From: an uncultured Candidatus Bathyarchaeia archaeon
GTDB taxonomy: Archaea; Thermoproteota; Bathyarchaeia; Bathyarchaeales; DTEX01
Length of the DNA: 64,000 nucleotides
Direction of reading: 5' to 3'
Assembly (NCBI GenBank): GCA_964508155.1
Contig: CAZDRE010000001.1
Location: 197,174-261,173 of the forward strand
Both the position numbers and the translations under genes were made by a program. The notes beneath the pieces are model-generated. The model saw only the letters and a list, made by a program, of their open reading frames with translations, searched no databases and had not been told where the DNA came from. Shown here one piece after another: positions 62,608 to 64,000 of the stretch; position 1 is the first letter of the stretch; every line of letters starts with the position of its first letter.

Positions 62608-63999
62608 TTGAAGTATGATGTCATAATCGTTGGAGCCGGACCTGCTGGGATATTCTCAGCCCTAGAATTGTCCAGCAAGACTGATCTCAGCATATTAATG
62701 CTTGAGAAGGGGGCGAATATTAATGAGCGTAAGTGCCCGGCCAGCAGGGGAATTGGATGTCTCAACTGCAATCCATGCAATTTACTCTCGGGTTGGGGTG
62801 GAGCCGGCGCATTCAGCGATGGGAAATTAACGCTCTCAACGCAAGTCGGCGGATGGCTTGACGAATACATTGGGGAGGAAAGGCTCTCGAAACTTCTTGA
62901 TTACGTAGATTGGATATACGTGAGATATTCCGGGCAGACGAAGGTTTATGGATATGACGAGGATGAGGTTGAGAAGATTGAGAGGGAAGCGGCATTAGCG
63001 GGGCTTAAACTGATCAGGCAGAGGATCAGGCATTTGGGCACTGAGAAATGTAGGGAGACACTGCAGAGAATGCAGAAGGACATTAACGATCACGTTGAGA
63101 TTAAGACGCGGACTGAGGTTAAGAATCTCCTAGTGAAGGATGGCAGGGCAGTTGGGGTTGAGACTGTCGATGGAGAGAGGTTCATGGGGAAATATGTGAT
63201 AGTAGCTCCTGGAAGAGTCGGGGCTGAATGGCTTAAAATGCAGGCTCAAACATTAGGCTTAAAGACGCTGAATAATCCGGTGGACGTAGGGGTTAGAGTT
63301 GAGACATTAGCATCGGTCATGGAGAGATTAACCGACGTCCTATACGAGCCTAAATTCATATATTATTCACGGGCATTTGACGATAAAGTTAGAACCTTCT
63401 GTGTAGCCCCGTACGGCGAAGTGATAACCGAATCTTACGGCGGAGTCCTAAGCGTTAATGGGCAGAGCTACGCCAACAGAAAGACCGAGAATACTAACTT
63501 CGCGATCCTCGTTAGCACTTCATTTACATACCCGTTTAGGGAGCCTATAGCCTACGGGGAATACATAGCTAGGCTCGCGAATCTCCTAAGCGGCTCAGTC
63601 ATAATTCAGAGACTTGGAGACTTGCTACTGGGCAGAAGATCAACTGAGGAGAGGATTAAGAGGAGCATTGTGAATCCGACGTTAAAGACGGCGACTCCGG
63701 GGGATCTAAGCTTCGTCCTGCCATATCGGTATTTAACGGATATCAGAGAGATGCTTCAAGCTTTGGATAAGGTTGCACCTGGCATCTACAGCAAGCATAC
63801 CCTCCTATACGGTGTTGAAGTGAAATTCTACTCTTCAAGGCTGGAGCTCAATGAGAACTTGGAGACGAAAGTGAAGAATCTGTTTACGATAGGGGATGGA
63901 GCTGGAGTAACTAGGGGCCTAATACAGGCAAGCGTGAGCGGGGTAATAGTGTCTAGGGAGATAATGAGGAGGGAGCCTCAGAGCGTATTGAAGAGTTAG
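62608..63999 (+). CDS. FAD-dependent oxidoreductase (COG2509-like NAD(FAD)-utilizing dehydrogenase)
   Basis: YDVIIVGAGPAGIFSA dinucleotide motif and a C-terminal GDGAGVTRG. Confidence 0.7.
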   Translation: MKYDVIIVGAGPAGIFSALELSSKTDLSILMLEKGANINERKCPASRGIGCLNCNPCNLLSGWGGAGAFSDGKLTLSTQVGGWLDEYIGEERLSKLLDYVDWIYVRYSGQTKVYGYDEDEVEKIEREAALAGLKLIRQRIRHLGTEKCRETLQRMQKDINDHVEIKTRTEVKNLLVKDGRAVGVETVDGERFMGKYVIVAPGRVGAEWLKMQAQTLGLKTLNNPVDVGVRVETLASVMERLTDVLYEPKFIYYSRAFDDKVRTFCVAPYGEVITESYGGVLSVNGQSYANRKTENTNFAILVSTSFTYPFREPIAYGEYIARLANLLSGSVIIQRLGDLLLGRRSTEERIKRSIVNPTLKTATPGDLSFVLPYRYLTDIREMLQALDKVAPGIYSKHTLLYGVEVKFYSSRLELNENLETKVKNLFTIGDGAGVTRGLIQASVSGVIVSREIMRREPQSVLKS

Positions 64000-64000
64000 G

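Noticed and set aside
1-64000. tRNA, rRNA, RNase P, SRP RNA, transposase or integrase genes and long terminal inverted repeats
   Set aside because: I scanned the intergenic gaps (the largest are 46489-46855, 58991-59262 and 22299-22450) for T-arm-like GGTTCGAATC patterns and for IS-type ORFs and found none. This was a visual search only, so small RNAs could have been missed.

Overview
This is a densely coded archaeal chromosome segment. The archaeal assignment rests on TBP, TFE, MBF1, NAC, aEF-1beta, CDC48, aTrm56, TrmI, an archaeal-type signal peptidase and an ATPase-type HypB. Starts are often GTG or TTG, neighbouring genes often overlap by 4 nt, and AT-rich TATA-like boxes sit about 25-30 nt upstream of start codons. 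I did not find any rRNA or tRNA. The lineage looks like a TACK-type (Thermoproteota, Korarchaeota or Bathyarchaeia-like) anaerobe, but I cannot place it more precisely from sequence alone.

The main feature is a roughly 16.4 kb hydrogenase island at 10149-26543. It holds a complete [NiFe] maturation set (hypA, an Mrp/MinD-type HypB candidate, hypC, hypD, hypE, hypF and an endopeptidase) and two paralogous operons encoding group-4 (Ech/Mbh/Hyc-like) hydrogenase core subunits. Both large subunits keep all the Ni-Fe cysteine ligands. Neither operon has any linked membrane or ion-translocating subunit. One operon ends in an FrhB-like flavo-FeS protein fused to a CBS pair. The other carries an HdrB-like protein with two complete CCG motifs between the NuoC-like and large-subunit genes, and its small subunit is fused to a 2x[4Fe-4S] domain. 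I consider these two soluble group-4 modules the best candidate for an undescribed system in this window.

Other notable content:
- A decayed corrinoid methyltransferase gene pair, with an intact paralog elsewhere in the window, plus two further gene remnants.
- A perfect 46-bp palindrome centred on a TATA box, upstream of a wHTH-Hsp20 operon.
- An orphan pair of CRISPR-like repeats whose reverse complement ends in ATTGAAAG.
- Glycan-degradation genes (GH127-like, GH9, a beta-propeller hydrolase-like protein, an anchored deacetylase-like protein).
- KDG aldolase and kinase genes, and a stand-alone LigD-type 3'-phosphoesterase.

All functional calls come from reading motifs in the supplied translations. 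No database search was run.
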